Shown here: positions 55,436 to 64,000 of the stretch, piece after piece
How positions within the stretch are numbered: the stretch's first letter is position 1
Layout of the letters: each line of letters opens with the position of its first letter
Virus record (IMG/VR): IMGVR_UViG_3300021399_000099
Span: 64,001 to 128,000 of that record
Length of the DNA: 64,000 nucleotides
Direction: 5' to 3' (one strand)
Source: a virus
Taxonomy: Duplodnaviria > Caudoviricetes
The notes under the pieces: model-generated
What the model was told of the DNA's origin: nothing
Databases searched by the model: none
The model's input: only the letters and a program-made list of their open reading frames with translations
Program-made: the position numbers and the translations under genes

Positions 55436-55816
55436 CTATTTCGCTATGTTTGTAATTGTTGCCCAATCCTTAATCCAATAAACTTTGTCATCATCTTTCA
55501 TATAAAGAACAGACTTTGGTAGCCAGAAAAGAATATCGTGGTCAAGGCTTGTTTCGACACTCCTATCAACCCTAAATAAAATAGCTTTTTCTGTTTTCTT
55601 CACAATGATGCAGACGTACGTAAAACCCGTCCTTTTTAAAACCACACTATCCCCTTCCGGATAATCGTGAATAGGTTTAAAACGAGCTGGACGATACGTC
55701 CTTATGGTCGGGTATCCATATATATCATCAAAATCATATTCGTAGTAATACCCATCAATGTCATCGATGTAGTCATTGAAACCCGCCTCAATTGACATTT
55801 CTGCATACTCACCCAT
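55436..55816 (-). CDS. hypothetical protein (TEKAIL...WLPKS motif)
   Basis: ORF. Confidence 0.65.
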   Translation of the reverse strand: MGEYAEMSIEAGFNDYIDDIDGYYYEYDFDDIYGYPTIRTYRPARFKPIHDYPEGDSVVLKRTGFTYVCIIVKKTEKAILFRVDRSVETSLDHDILFWLPKSVLYMKDDDKVYWIKDWATITNIAK

Positions 55817-56189
55817 TACCGTTCCTCCTTTCCTTTGCTTCTTTAATCTTTTCTTTCATCAACCTCTTTTCCAGCTTATCTTTGATGACATCGCAATGGC
55901 ACCGCTCTGGCTTGCAATAGCACTCCAGGTAGATATCCTCTCCGTTCTTGTATTTTTCATATATTTCGTCAATGATGTACTTGAACGGGGCGTTTCCTTT
56001 GTACATGCGGTCAAAATAGGCATCATATCTGTCTATGGCTTCGTCCCTATTTTTAACAACAAACATTGCCAGCGTCTTCTTATCCTTTATGTGAGTATAA
56101 GGATTTGAGAGCAAGCTGGGTCTATAACACGGATAATTGCCATCCCTATCGCTGTAGTCTTCCTTTGTTCTGTTATACACGTAAATCAT
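55809..56189 (-). CDS. DUF4326-like protein
   Basis: RPSLLSNPY, RDEAIDRY, LECYCKPERCHCDVI motifs. Confidence 0.8.
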   Translation of the reverse strand: MIYVYNRTKEDYSDRDGNYPCYRPSLLSNPYTHIKDKKTLAMFVVKNRDEAIDRYDAYFDRMYKGNAPFKYIIDEIYEKYKNGEDIYLECYCKPERCHCDVIKDKLEKRLMKEKIKEAKERRNGNG

Positions 56190-56434
56190 TTTCCTGGCAC
56201 ACCTCCAATTTGCTTTCCCGTTTTAATCTCTTCTATCATTACGCAGCTTTCATAGCATTTCTTGCAAACATACGGAACTGCCTGATAACCAGGGTGATGT
56301 ACCATCGGAGACGGGTCTAGGAAATCATAGTCTTCACCGCTGTATTCCTTATAGAACTCCCTGGCAGGAACCCAATTATGTTTGCATTTGATTATTCCTT
56401 TTCGGTATAGCCACCTTTTAAAATTATTCCACAT
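56186..56434 (-). CDS. small zinc-finger-like protein (CKHNW...CKKC)
   Basis: Motif. Confidence 0.6.
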   Translation of the reverse strand: MWNNFKRWLYRKGIIKCKHNWVPAREFYKEYSGEDYDFLDPSPMVHHPGYQAVPYVCKKCYESCVMIEEIKTGKQIGGVPGK

Positions 56435-56657
56435 AAAAATCGTAAATCATAAGTTCAACTTCTCCCGTATCTGGGTTTATGTCAAGGATAAACGAGGTAC
56501 TATCCCCGTTGCCCTTAGCATCCCATGAACCGCTGTTTTCTTCGACCGGGATTTCCCTTCCAAGGTTAAGTAGTTGTCTTATAAGAAGTTGCGGAATTTC
56601 AATGTCGGTTTCATATTCCTCGCCCCTGTTTGATGCTCTAGATACTGTCACTTTCAT
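56424..56657 (-). CDS. hypothetical protein
   Basis: ORF. Confidence 0.55.
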   Translation of the reverse strand: MKVTVSRASNRGEEYETDIEIPQLLIRQLLNLGREIPVEENSGSWDAKGNGDSTSFILDINPDTGEVELMIYDFYVE

Positions 56658-56851
56658 AGTTTTATTACTCCTTCTTTTTTAAGTGTATGAAAAATAAACA
56701 AAACCGTAACCACACCGGCAACGATAACCCCTAACGGACTGCCAAAATATATCGTTCCGGCCACAAAACAATACTTAATCCCATAATAGCCAACCAGAAA
56801 TAGGGCTATATATTCTATGGCTACCAGTATTTTTCTTAAAAAATCTCTCAT
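56654..56851 (-). CDS. 2-TM small membrane protein
   Basis: Start reassigned to MRDFLRK after the class-2 promoter. Confidence 0.55.
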   Translation of the reverse strand: MRDFLRKILVAIEYIALFLVGYYGIKYCFVAGTIYFGSPLGVIVAGVVTVLFIFHTLKKEGVIKL

Positions 56852-56855
56852 ATAC

Positions 56856-56888
56856 AAATTATACAAAAAATTATGCAGAAAAACAAAA
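56856..56888 (-). promoter_or_regulatory. class-2 promoter (TTTG-N20-TATAATTT)
   Basis: Recurrent motif. Confidence 0.5.
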
Positions 56889-56930
56889 CCCACGCACTTG
56901 ATTGCTCAAAGGTACGTGGGAATAAAAACC

Positions 56931-57554
56931 CTAAAACATATATAGGAACATAGCCCCGACCGAATGCTGATTTAGTTTCGTGTTATATTGATACTGCAAA
57001 CCAAAACCCGCGTCCTGCCGGAAGAACATACCTCCCTGGGCCATCAAGGAGCCATCAGTCGAAAGACCAGCACCGATATAAGGCAAGTATTTCCTCGTTA
57101 CCGTGACAGTTTCCGTGACCTGTCTCTGCATCGGCTTGAAAGTATATTCAAAACTCGCCATTCGGTTATATTTGACGGTCGCATCATACGAGAACCGTCC
57201 AAGGGTATCGTTGTCAAACAATACCTCGCCGTAGTATCTCTCTGTCGCCCAGTCCTTTAAAACCTTAACGGTGTCATCAGCGGTTATATAAATCGTATCT
57301 TTCTTTTCTGGAAACAATTCACTATATAAACCTTCCTTGATGCAGGTCATAATTATGTTCAACGTGTCAGCCGGCTCTACAACCTTATATGGTACCGGCT
57401 TAGGAATACTGTCATGTATGGGCGGCAATTCAATATATTCTATCTTGGGTTTCACATTCACCTCTCTTTGCCGACCAATGAAAAATCCGCCAAAGAAAAG
57501 AGCCAGTGCTACCAATGCCATAAAAGCTATTTTCCACCAATTTGTTTGTTCCAT
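56931..57554 (-). CDS. membrane protein, candidate spanin-like lysis protein (DUF6808-like)
   Basis: N-terminal TM; IHDSIPKP and DT motifs; C-terminal amphipathic beta-strands ending in F; TATTTAT upstream at 57575-57581. Confidence 0.6.
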   Translation of the reverse strand: MEQTNWWKIAFMALVALALFFGGFFIGRQREVNVKPKIEYIELPPIHDSIPKPVPYKVVEPADTLNIIMTCIKEGLYSELFPEKKDTIYITADDTVKVLKDWATERYYGEVLFDNDTLGRFSYDATVKYNRMASFEYTFKPMQRQVTETVTVTRKYLPYIGAGLSTDGSLMAQGGMFFRQDAGFGLQYQYNTKLNQHSVGAMFLYMF

Positions 57555-57583
57555 CAGTTAAAGTGTTTCTTTAAATAAATACA

Positions 57584-58021
57584 TCAAAGGAGTCTTTTCT
57601 CAACCATTTTGTTATGGAACTTAACGACCTTGGACATTTCTTCCTTCGTTATCTTTCGTACGACCTCGAGAGCTGTTTCATTAAGAACACTGGCCCCGAA
57701 AGAAAAACCGTTGTGTTCATCATAAGTGGTATAGACGCTGTCGCCATCATTGTCAGTTTCACCATCGAGCGGATTAAAGGGAAGGGTCAAAGATGGACCC
57801 TGCAGGTTTATTGACTTTCCGTGATTGCGTATATTCTGGTATTCAACTTTCATAAAGATATAGTCTTCTCCGTCATAATACACAACATATGAATCTTTGA
57901 AGTCGCCTCCGTTGCCAACTATAATCTCATCCATTTCACGCTGGCAATCGTCAAGCTCCTTATTCAAGCGGTCCATTTCCTTTCTAAGTTCGTCGATTTT
58001 GTTTTCTACTTTTTCATTCAT
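57584..58021 (-). CDS. hypothetical protein
   Basis: ORF. Confidence 0.65.
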   Translation of the reverse strand: MNEKVENKIDELRKEMDRLNKELDDCQREMDEIIVGNGGDFKDSYVVYYDGEDYIFMKVEYQNIRNHGKSINLQGPSLTLPFNPLDGETDNDGDSVYTTYDEHNGFSFGASVLNETALEVVRKITKEEMSKVVKFHNKMVEKRLL

Positions 58022-58578
58022 TTCTCGTAAGCATGTTTTATTTGACTTATTTCGGTATAGTTTTCAACGGTTGTAAAAAAAGAACTAAGTGTCTTATAAA
58101 CCATCTTGCCCCAAGTTCCATTACGGTAAAACTCTCCACCACAACGACCCAGGGTTCTTCCAAGTTTTATAACGCTGACATCATAATTCACATAAACATC
58201 GACTTTGACATTCAGTGGATTAATATAATCGAGGGTTCCATCTTCATTTACCGGCAGTCTCCAGTTGTCTTCGGGTCGTTTCACATATATTTGTACCACG
58301 GCATCATTCGTTTCGTTATTCAAACTCAAAAGGAAGAAAAGGTTCTGGTAAAAAATTACATGCGTACCTTCCATTTCCATTACTTTTATGAATATTGGCT
58401 CGGTATCGCAATCAACGGTGAGTTTTCCATTTCCGTCAAACGGTCCTGTTATATCTCCGGCAACCATATATACCTTCCCATAATCCTCAGCTGTCCCAAC
58501 ATAATGGAAAAGGTCTGTCTGGCGAAGTTTCTGGGCACTCAAAAAACCATATAATCTATCATTTAATCTATTAAACAT
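58018..58578 (-). CDS. hypothetical protein
   Basis: ORF. Confidence 0.65.
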   Translation of the reverse strand: MFNRLNDRLYGFLSAQKLRQTDLFHYVGTAEDYGKVYMVAGDITGPFDGNGKLTVDCDTEPIFIKVMEMEGTHVIFYQNLFFLLSLNNETNDAVVQIYVKRPEDNWRLPVNEDGTLDYINPLNVKVDVYVNYDVSVIKLGRTLGRCGGEFYRNGTWGKMVYKTLSSFFTTVENYTEISQIKHAYEK

Positions 58579-58583
58579 ATCTT

Positions 58584-58769
58584 TTATTTAATTAAGTAAT
58601 CGTTGTACTCCATAATCCTTGCTATGTCGTTCTCGTCGATATCCGGCACTTCATAGGTAATCCCGTTCGCAAAAGATACGCGATATCCGCCATCATTCGG
58701 GTCTTTGTAGATTATTGTCACCCCCTCAAGATTTATGAGGTTATTTTCCTTCGTTCTGTAAAGTTTCAT
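58584..58769 (-). CDS. hypothetical protein
   Basis: ORF. Confidence 0.55.
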   Translation of the reverse strand: MKLYRTKENNLINLEGVTIIYKDPNDGGYRVSFANGITYEVPDIDENDIARIMEYNDYLIK

Positions 58770-58998
58770 ATTCTTTTGCTAATTTCTTACAATATTCTTC
58801 TCTTTGCCTGTACCATTCCTCAAAGTCTTCAATAACTTCTCCGTAATGGTCTTTCGCTGGCCTGTATTCTTCACCTGGCATAAACCAAGGGGGAAGAATA
58901 TCAAACGGCAATGCCCTAATTTTTCCTAGGGTTCTGGGTACCGATGGATGCCATTTCTCTACCCATTCCCTCATATAGTCGAATCTATATTCTTTCAT
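58741..58998 (-). CDS. hypothetical protein
   Basis: Start MKEYRF after the class-2 promoter. Confidence 0.55.
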   Translation of the reverse strand: MKEYRFDYMREWVEKWHPSVPRTLGKIRALPFDILPPWFMPGEEYRPAKDHYGEVIEDFEEWYRQREEYCKKLAKEYETLQNEGK

Positions 58999-59002
58999 AA
59001 TC

Positions 59003-59034
59003 TTAATATACAAAAACTATGCCTAAAAACAAAA
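59003..59034 (-). promoter_or_regulatory. class-2 promoter (TTTG-N19-TATATTAA), adjoining the terminator of the OmpA-family gene
   Basis: Recurrent motif; AAATCCCG/CGGGATTT stem adjacent. Confidence 0.55.
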
Positions 59035-59080
59035 AATCCCGAGAAAAAATTCCCGGGATTTACGTTGGTTAATCTTTTTT

Positions 59081-60232
59081 TTACTGAACTGTAAGGGTTA
59101 CGATTGCACTCCTGGAGGTCTTGACATTATCAGTTGCGTCAAGCCTGCTGTCGGTTTCAATTCTGTCTCCGGAAATGCCGCATTTAATAAGAGCATTTTT
59201 AACTACGTTGGCTCTATTTCTTGCAAGGGCATAGTTTCTCGGTTCGGTACCGGTCTTGCTGTCAGCAGAGCCAACAACTTTAATCAAAGTACCATCAACA
59301 AGATTCTTTGCAAAAGCCTCTACCTTTGCAGCTTCGGTATCACTCAAAACACAACTGCCAATAGGGAATGTAATAATATTGCTGCCAACAAGAACCTGCG
59401 TCTCCTTGACAATAACTTCTTTCACCTTAGGGTTCCTATTGTTGCAATCAATAAGCTGGTTCTTAAGGTCGCTATTTTCAGCCTCGAGGGAACCGACACG
59501 CTTATTAAGTTCGTTGTATTCATCAAGTGTGAAAGGCATTACAGGAGGGGCTACGGTTGAATATCGGTCAAAGTTCTTTTTCTTCCCGAGATTAAATGAA
59601 AGCCCTACGGTTGCACTAGGAAGAACACAAACTGGTCCAATAGCTGGATTACAGAACTGTGATTCCTTAGTAACAACAGCACCGAGTTCAATGTTCAAAT
59701 TGACAACCGGTCCAAGACGAAGTTCATTAATAAGACCGGCACCGACACCGAATTCTCTGTCAAGGTTTGCTCCTGCTTTGTTATGTACCATTAACAAACC
59801 AGCCTGTGCATAAGGAATGAAATCCCAGAATCTGGTTTCCTTATATCCACTAATTGAGTTTGAAATATTGAAAAGAACATCTCCATGCACATAATGCTGA
59901 TAGAACATTCCTTCAAACTTCGGGTTAGTCTTTACGTTGTTTGTCAAACCGTTATATCCTACACGAAGACCCATGGACGGAGTGAGCCACTTACCGACGT
60001 TTGCATTAACTGCGATACCAATATTTCCAACTTCGAGGTTGTTGTAAAATGTGTTCATTCCAACGCCTAAACCGACGAACCAATTTGCGCCACCACCATT
60101 TGTAAGGTAAGGGCCCTTTACTACGTAACCGTTTGCGTCGCGGTTTCCGTCTTCCTGAGCATACACATTGGTTGTGCCCAGGGCAAAAATCATTGCAACA
60201 AGTGCAACTAAAATAAACTTAAACTTCTTCAT
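59081..60232 (-). CDS. OmpA-family outer membrane protein (Bacteroidales Omp40/41-like)
   Basis: Signal peptide ending VYA-Q; NWFV..G.G, VGKWLTP..GLR beta-barrel; C-terminal GSAD.KTG....N..LA.NRA..V domain. Confidence 0.88.
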   Translation of the reverse strand: MKKFKFILVALVAMIFALGTTNVYAQEDGNRDANGYVVKGPYLTNGGGANWFVGLGVGMNTFYNNLEVGNIGIAVNANVGKWLTPSMGLRVGYNGLTNNVKTNPKFEGMFYQHYVHGDVLFNISNSISGYKETRFWDFIPYAQAGLLMVHNKAGANLDREFGVGAGLINELRLGPVVNLNIELGAVVTKESQFCNPAIGPVCVLPSATVGLSFNLGKKKNFDRYSTVAPPVMPFTLDEYNELNKRVGSLEAENSDLKNQLIDCNNRNPKVKEVIVKETQVLVGSNIITFPIGSCVLSDTEAAKVEAFAKNLVDGTLIKVVGSADSKTGTEPRNYALARNRANVVKNALIKCGISGDRIETDSRLDATDNVKTSRSAIVTLTVQ

Positions 60233-60310
60233 ACTTTAAATAATGTTTTTTAGTTTTATTAATATACATAAATATATTGAAACAAACAAATAAAGAAAGC
60301 GGGTTTTATA

Positions 60311-60320
60311 ACTATTTATA
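60311..60320 (+). promoter_or_regulatory. putative late promoter ACTATTTATA
   Basis: About 20 nt upstream of ATG 60341. Confidence 0.55.
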
Positions 60321-60340
60321 TGATAAAATACGTAAAGATA

Positions 60341-61507
60341 ATGGAACATACTAACTTATTTTTCTACAGAGATAAAGCCGACCTTGAAGCTGCATACCCT
60401 GACGGAAAGGTCGATGTCGTACCTGGCGTAGCATATGCAAGGGGTGCAGCCGGAGAAAACGGAACAACCCTTTTCAATAAAAAACTTGTGAAATACGAGG
60501 TCACACTCCTGCTTAAGAACAAGAGCGGGGAGACTGTCGGTGACTCGGAGTCCGTATTGACAAAAGACGTCCTTGAAGGCCAGAGCATTAAGGTTAATAT
60601 CGTTGCTCCTGAGGTTGAAAACTATAAACCAAGGCTTAAAGTTGAAAAGATTGAAGTTTCCGCAGACACAGAGCATACAGTAATATACCTTGGAAAGACA
60701 GCATATACCGTTACGGTTCATCACGTATTTGACGGTGAGCCCATTGCCCCAGATACTGAAATAGAAATCGACGACGTATGGGACGAGAGTTCGGTTGTCG
60801 TAACTGTCGAACCTGCATCGGTTGTCGGTTATACTGCTGAAACTCACACGATTACCGTATCTGGCAGCTGCGAATATACACTTGAATATGAAGAGCCCAG
60901 CTACAAGGCAATCGACCTTGGTCTTCCTTCTGGCACATTATGGTGTTCTTGTAATGTAGGTGCTTCATCACCAGAACAATATGGTGATTACTTTGCTTGG
61001 GGAGAAATCGAGCCAAATAAGGCTACCGCTTATACCGAAGAGAACTATAGATTTTACAATGGCAGCGGAAACGAGTATTCTAAATACAATTCTAACGATG
61101 GACTACAAGAACTTGAACTTGCCGATGACGCGGCTAATGTTATGATGGGCGGTGATTGGCATATACCGACCGATTCACAGGCGAATGAACTTTTCGAAAA
61201 CACTACCTCTTCCTGGACAACTGACTATAATGGTACTGGGGTTGCCGGTCTTATTCTAACATCAACTGCGAATGGTAATTCAATTTTTATTCCGGCTGCA
61301 GGCGACTATTTGCTGGGAGGACTGGATGGTGTTGGCGAGTATTCTGACCTTTGGTGCCAGGGACTTTTAAATGTTTATTCTGCTTATGAGTTTGGATTTG
61401 ACAATTCTGGGGGTGGCGTGTGGGACAAGAATAGGTTTGGAGGTCTTACAATTCGTGGTGTTATCGGTGAAGGGCCAGAACCAGGACCAGGTCCAAAGTT
61501 AGCTTAA
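60341..61507 (+). CDS. virion adhesin-like protein: MucBP-like repeats plus C-terminal DLGLPSGTLW (FISUMP/C-lectin-like) domain
   Basis: IDLGLPSGTLW..CNVGA..PE.YGDYFAWGE, DDAA, W.IPT, NGNSIFIPAAG, GLTIRGV. Confidence 0.8.
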   Translation: MEHTNLFFYRDKADLEAAYPDGKVDVVPGVAYARGAAGENGTTLFNKKLVKYEVTLLLKNKSGETVGDSESVLTKDVLEGQSIKVNIVAPEVENYKPRLKVEKIEVSADTEHTVIYLGKTAYTVTVHHVFDGEPIAPDTEIEIDDVWDESSVVVTVEPASVVGYTAETHTITVSGSCEYTLEYEEPSYKAIDLGLPSGTLWCSCNVGASSPEQYGDYFAWGEIEPNKATAYTEENYRFYNGSGNEYSKYNSNDGLQELELADDAANVMMGGDWHIPTDSQANELFENTTSSWTTDYNGTGVAGLILTSTANGNSIFIPAAGDYLLGGLDGVGEYSDLWCQGLLNVYSAYEFGFDNSGGGVWDKNRFGGLTIRGVIGEGPEPGPGPKLA

Positions 61508-61522
61508 AATATTTTTAAAACA

Positions 61523-62341
61523 ATGTGTGCAATATTAAACTTTTTAAAAAATGTCTTCGTTAAAAATGAAGATATTGAAGAAGAAGTTGTCAGTGAGATG
61601 ATTTCGAACGAAGAGACTATACCGGAAACAAATGATAATCCGGTTGATGATACGGTTCCAGCTGTTATTGATGAACCAATCAGTGCCGGCAATAACACTT
61701 ATTCCGGCAGTAACTTCGTCGTTCTCCTTGACAATGGCCACGCCAAATCTACTCCAGGCAAGAGAAGCCCCAAACTTGATGACGGCAGAATATTCTATGA
61801 GTGGGAATTCAACCGAGACATTGTGTCCAGGATTGCTGACGGACTTACAAAACTCGGTATAAAGCACCATATCCTTGTGCCGGAGATTGAAACTGACGTG
61901 GCATTAAGTGAGAGGGCAAACCGGGCAAACAAATATTGCAAACAGTACGGTGCAAAAAATTGTTTCTTCATATCCGTACATTCAAACGCATTCGGCAAGG
62001 AAGGAAAGTGGGAAGACCCCGGAAGATGGTCTGTATGGACTACCGTCGGTGTTACAAAAAGTGACGAATACGGCAAGATTTTCTACAAGGTGGCAGAAGA
62101 GATGCTCGAGCCGTACGGATTCGCTTGCAGGGACGGAAAAGTGCAAGGAAACGGCAATGACGGACCAGACTACGAGAGCAACTTCACTGTAATCTACAAA
62201 ACCTGGTGTCCGGCAATCCTCACCGAAAACCTGTTCTACACTAACAAGAAAGAGTGTGAGTGGCTTATGACCGATGAAGGCAGGCAGGTAATAGCCGATA
62301 TACACATAGAGGCAATAAAGAGGATAATCGACAGCCTTTAA
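61523..62341 (+). CDS. N-acetylmuramoyl-L-alanine amidase (Amidase_3), endolysin
   Basis: LLDNGH, TPGKRSP, YEWEFN, LSERANRAN, ISVHSNA, PAILTENLF motifs. Confidence 0.92.
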   Translation: MCAILNFLKNVFVKNEDIEEEVVSEMISNEETIPETNDNPVDDTVPAVIDEPISAGNNTYSGSNFVVLLDNGHAKSTPGKRSPKLDDGRIFYEWEFNRDIVSRIADGLTKLGIKHHILVPEIETDVALSERANRANKYCKQYGAKNCFFISVHSNAFGKEGKWEDPGRWSVWTTVGVTKSDEYGKIFYKVAEEMLEPYGFACRDGKVQGNGNDGPDYESNFTVIYKTWCPAILTENLFYTNKKECEWLMTDEGRQVIADIHIEAIKRIIDSL

Positions 62342-62349
62342 AAAAGAGA

Positions 62350-62376
62350 AACCCCGTGGATATGTTCCATGGGGTT
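62350..62376. terminator. intrinsic terminator between convergent genes
   Basis: AACCCCGTGGA/TCCATGGGGTT stem. Confidence 0.7.
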
Positions 62377-62381
62377 ATTCT

Positions 62382-62732
62382 TTACTCATTGACCGGGTCT
62401 TTTGAAACCATCTGGCGATACAGAAATTCTGCTATATCAACACGTACCTTGGGTTCTTCTCCCTTGGCATAACGGAGAGCCTGACGAGCCAGATAACTTG
62501 CTTGCATATGGAGTGCATCGCGGAGTTTTTCCTGCTTGTATTCCTCCCATTCAGCGTCCATATCGATTATTTCGTCGGCAGTTTCGTTAGCCTTGAAAAG
62601 CAGGTCGGTCCTTGTAATCTCTTTCCCGGTCGCTTTTTCATACATTCGTTGGTCGCCGCTTAGCAATACGTCGAACCATTCATTTTCCGGCGCGTCCTTA
62701 TAACGAGCCATAACTAACATATCTTCTTCCAT
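62382..62732 (-). CDS. hypothetical protein
   Basis: ORF. Confidence 0.65.
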   Translation of the reverse strand: MEEDMLVMARYKDAPENEWFDVLLSGDQRMYEKATGKEITRTDLLFKANETADEIIDMDAEWEEYKQEKLRDALHMQASYLARQALRYAKGEEPKVRVDIAEFLYRQMVSKDPVNE

Positions 62733-62762
62733 ATTCTTTAATTAATTCTCTAACTGTTTCTA

Positions 62763-63239
62763 TTACAGCAATCCACTTTTTACCCACTCCTCACTGAAGT
62801 AGATATTGTCTGGGTAGTTTCCCGTATAGTCGGTCGCAGCAACAAACATCTTCATAAGGTCCCTTCCAGCATACCCGCAAAGTGTCACCTCGTCCGGGCT
62901 ATTTCTGTATGCGACCTTGAATTTCTTGTCCGGGTGTTCTTCTGCGCACTTGTAAAGTTTCTTTATACTTTCAACAATGGTATCGAACGGGAGCGACTGC
63001 CTTGCGTAGTTACTTACACGGGGGTCACTGGCATCTACCTGGTTTTTGTAACGTAATTCTGTTGTTGGTAGCGCATAAGCATTTCCCTGGAGTCCCTCAC
63101 CTTGTCCATAAATCGCACCGAACTGTAATCTTGCTACCTTTGCAGAGCCCGAGCCGTGTCTCCCTTCCGGATTTGAACCGAATACGAATATTGTATCTGG
63201 CTCTGGCGTGATGTTTCCTGTATAGTTTTTCATCAGCAA
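62763..63239 (-). CDS. A1S_2505-family (macro-like) phage protein
   Basis: IFVFGSNPEGRHGSGSAKVA...FGAIYGQGEGLQGNAYALPT. Confidence 0.8.
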   Translation of the reverse strand: MLMKNYTGNITPEPDTIFVFGSNPEGRHGSGSAKVARLQFGAIYGQGEGLQGNAYALPTTELRYKNQVDASDPRVSNYARQSLPFDTIVESIKKLYKCAEEHPDKKFKVAYRNSPDEVTLCGYAGRDLMKMFVAATDYTGNYPDNIYFSEEWVKSGLL

Positions 63240-63415
63240 TTGATTTTTATTTTGTATCCTTTGTCTATCAAGCCCTTAAGTCCATCCATATCAACATCTA
63301 CTTCCTGCCAGTGTTCAATATTGCTTTTGGTACTGTGTTCATACCATCCGTAATATGGATTGTAATGGTCTTTGTTGGCAAATTCATCCCAAGGGTCATT
63401 AATCTTTACTTTCAT
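63233..63415 (-). CDS. hypothetical protein
   Basis: ORF tiles the operon. Confidence 0.55.
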   Translation of the reverse strand: MKVKINDPWDEFANKDHYNPYYGWYEHSTKSNIEHWQEVDVDMDGLKGLIDKGYKIKINC

Positions 63416-63896
63416 TGGTCATAAACTTTTCAAGCGGCGTCCAGTCATCACACCTTTCGTCATAATCTCCACGTACGTACCACTTGTCTCCCTTGAACAT
63501 GTAGTCGTACTCCTCCTCCATCTTATGATTTTCACTGATGGGCTTCGGCTTGATGCTTTCCCAGTCCTCGCACTTCCTTGTCGCATATGGAGTGTATGTC
63601 CCGTTGATACTTGAGCAGTCTCCGCCAAGTACAAGGTTCAGTGCGTCCTCATAACTGTTATACTTCTTATAAAGCGTTTTGCCAACACCTTCAATGTAGC
63701 CGTCCCAGTGATGATAAATCATAAGTGCTTCTGCTCCTTCAGGATTTACGGTTTCCCACATTCCTTCTTCCAGCTGGTCCTCTCCCCATTCGTTTTCCAA
63801 AAGGTCCTTAGACTGCCTTTCATTCGGTACAAACTTCAAATCCTTGTTCCGGTCCTCCTCCCTGAGAATGACTCGGATATTGCTTCTTGTTGACAT
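63399..63896 (-). CDS. conserved phage protein of MSTRS...YHHWDGY type; paralog of 395..1027
   Basis: MSTRSNI, IYHHWDGYIEGVG, EEYDY motifs. Confidence 0.75.
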   Translation of the reverse strand: MSTRSNIRVILREEDRNKDLKFVPNERQSKDLLENEWGEDQLEEGMWETVNPEGAEALMIYHHWDGYIEGVGKTLYKKYNSYEDALNLVLGGDCSSINGTYTPYATRKCEDWESIKPKPISENHKMEEEYDYMFKGDKWYVRGDYDERCDDWTPLEKFMTNESKD

Positions 63897-64000
63897 TATT
63901 GTATATTTAAAATTTCTTTAGGTATCTTAATTTTAAAAATGTCTTCCGCCTTGAACGGTATATTGTGTAGTTCCCTGTAATATTGTATATGATTTACCCA

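Noticed and set aside
1-64000. Genome-wide TAG-to-Gln recoding as in Lak phages
   Set aside because: Long genes are intact in the standard code, and family A paralogs end at the same residue with TAG, TAA or TGA

Overview
This window is a segment of a large lytic dsDNA phage genome, probably a jumbo phage of a Bacteroidota/Bacteroidales host. The host inference rests on AT-rich leaders without Shine-Dalgarno motifs, a short Bacteroidota-type RpoD-like sigma factor, and BACON, FISUMP-like and Omp40/41-like domains. The genetic code is standard, with TAG acting as a stop. Most of 1-38.1 kb and 50.6-64 kb is densely packed minus-strand accessory and metabolic genes: Thg1-like, CCA-adding enzyme, HAD phosphatases, nucleotidyltransferase, a TROVE-like vWA protein, MetK, RfbB, DnaJ, thioredoxin, SSB, exonuclease and macro-like proteins. 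Virion/late genes lie at 38.3-50.6 kb and 60.3-62.3 kb, with further single-gene islands. Three distinct upstream motif classes are visible: (1) 11 copies of a sigma54-type -24/-12 element, TTTGGCACGGTTTTTG(C/T)A; (2) 7 copies of a Bacteroidota-like TTTG-N19-20-TAnnTT element; (3) about 12 copies of (AC)TATTTAT ahead of virion, lysis and envelope genes. Other highlights are arrays of paralogous small genes with constant blocks flanking hypervariable segments, a dispersed tRNA-repair toolkit, and a pervasive short [ST]-[GA]-x-[TV] motif in virion proteins. No tRNA, rRNA, CRISPR array, reverse transcriptase or integrase was seen. Family assignments come from motif recognition by eye, not from database searches.
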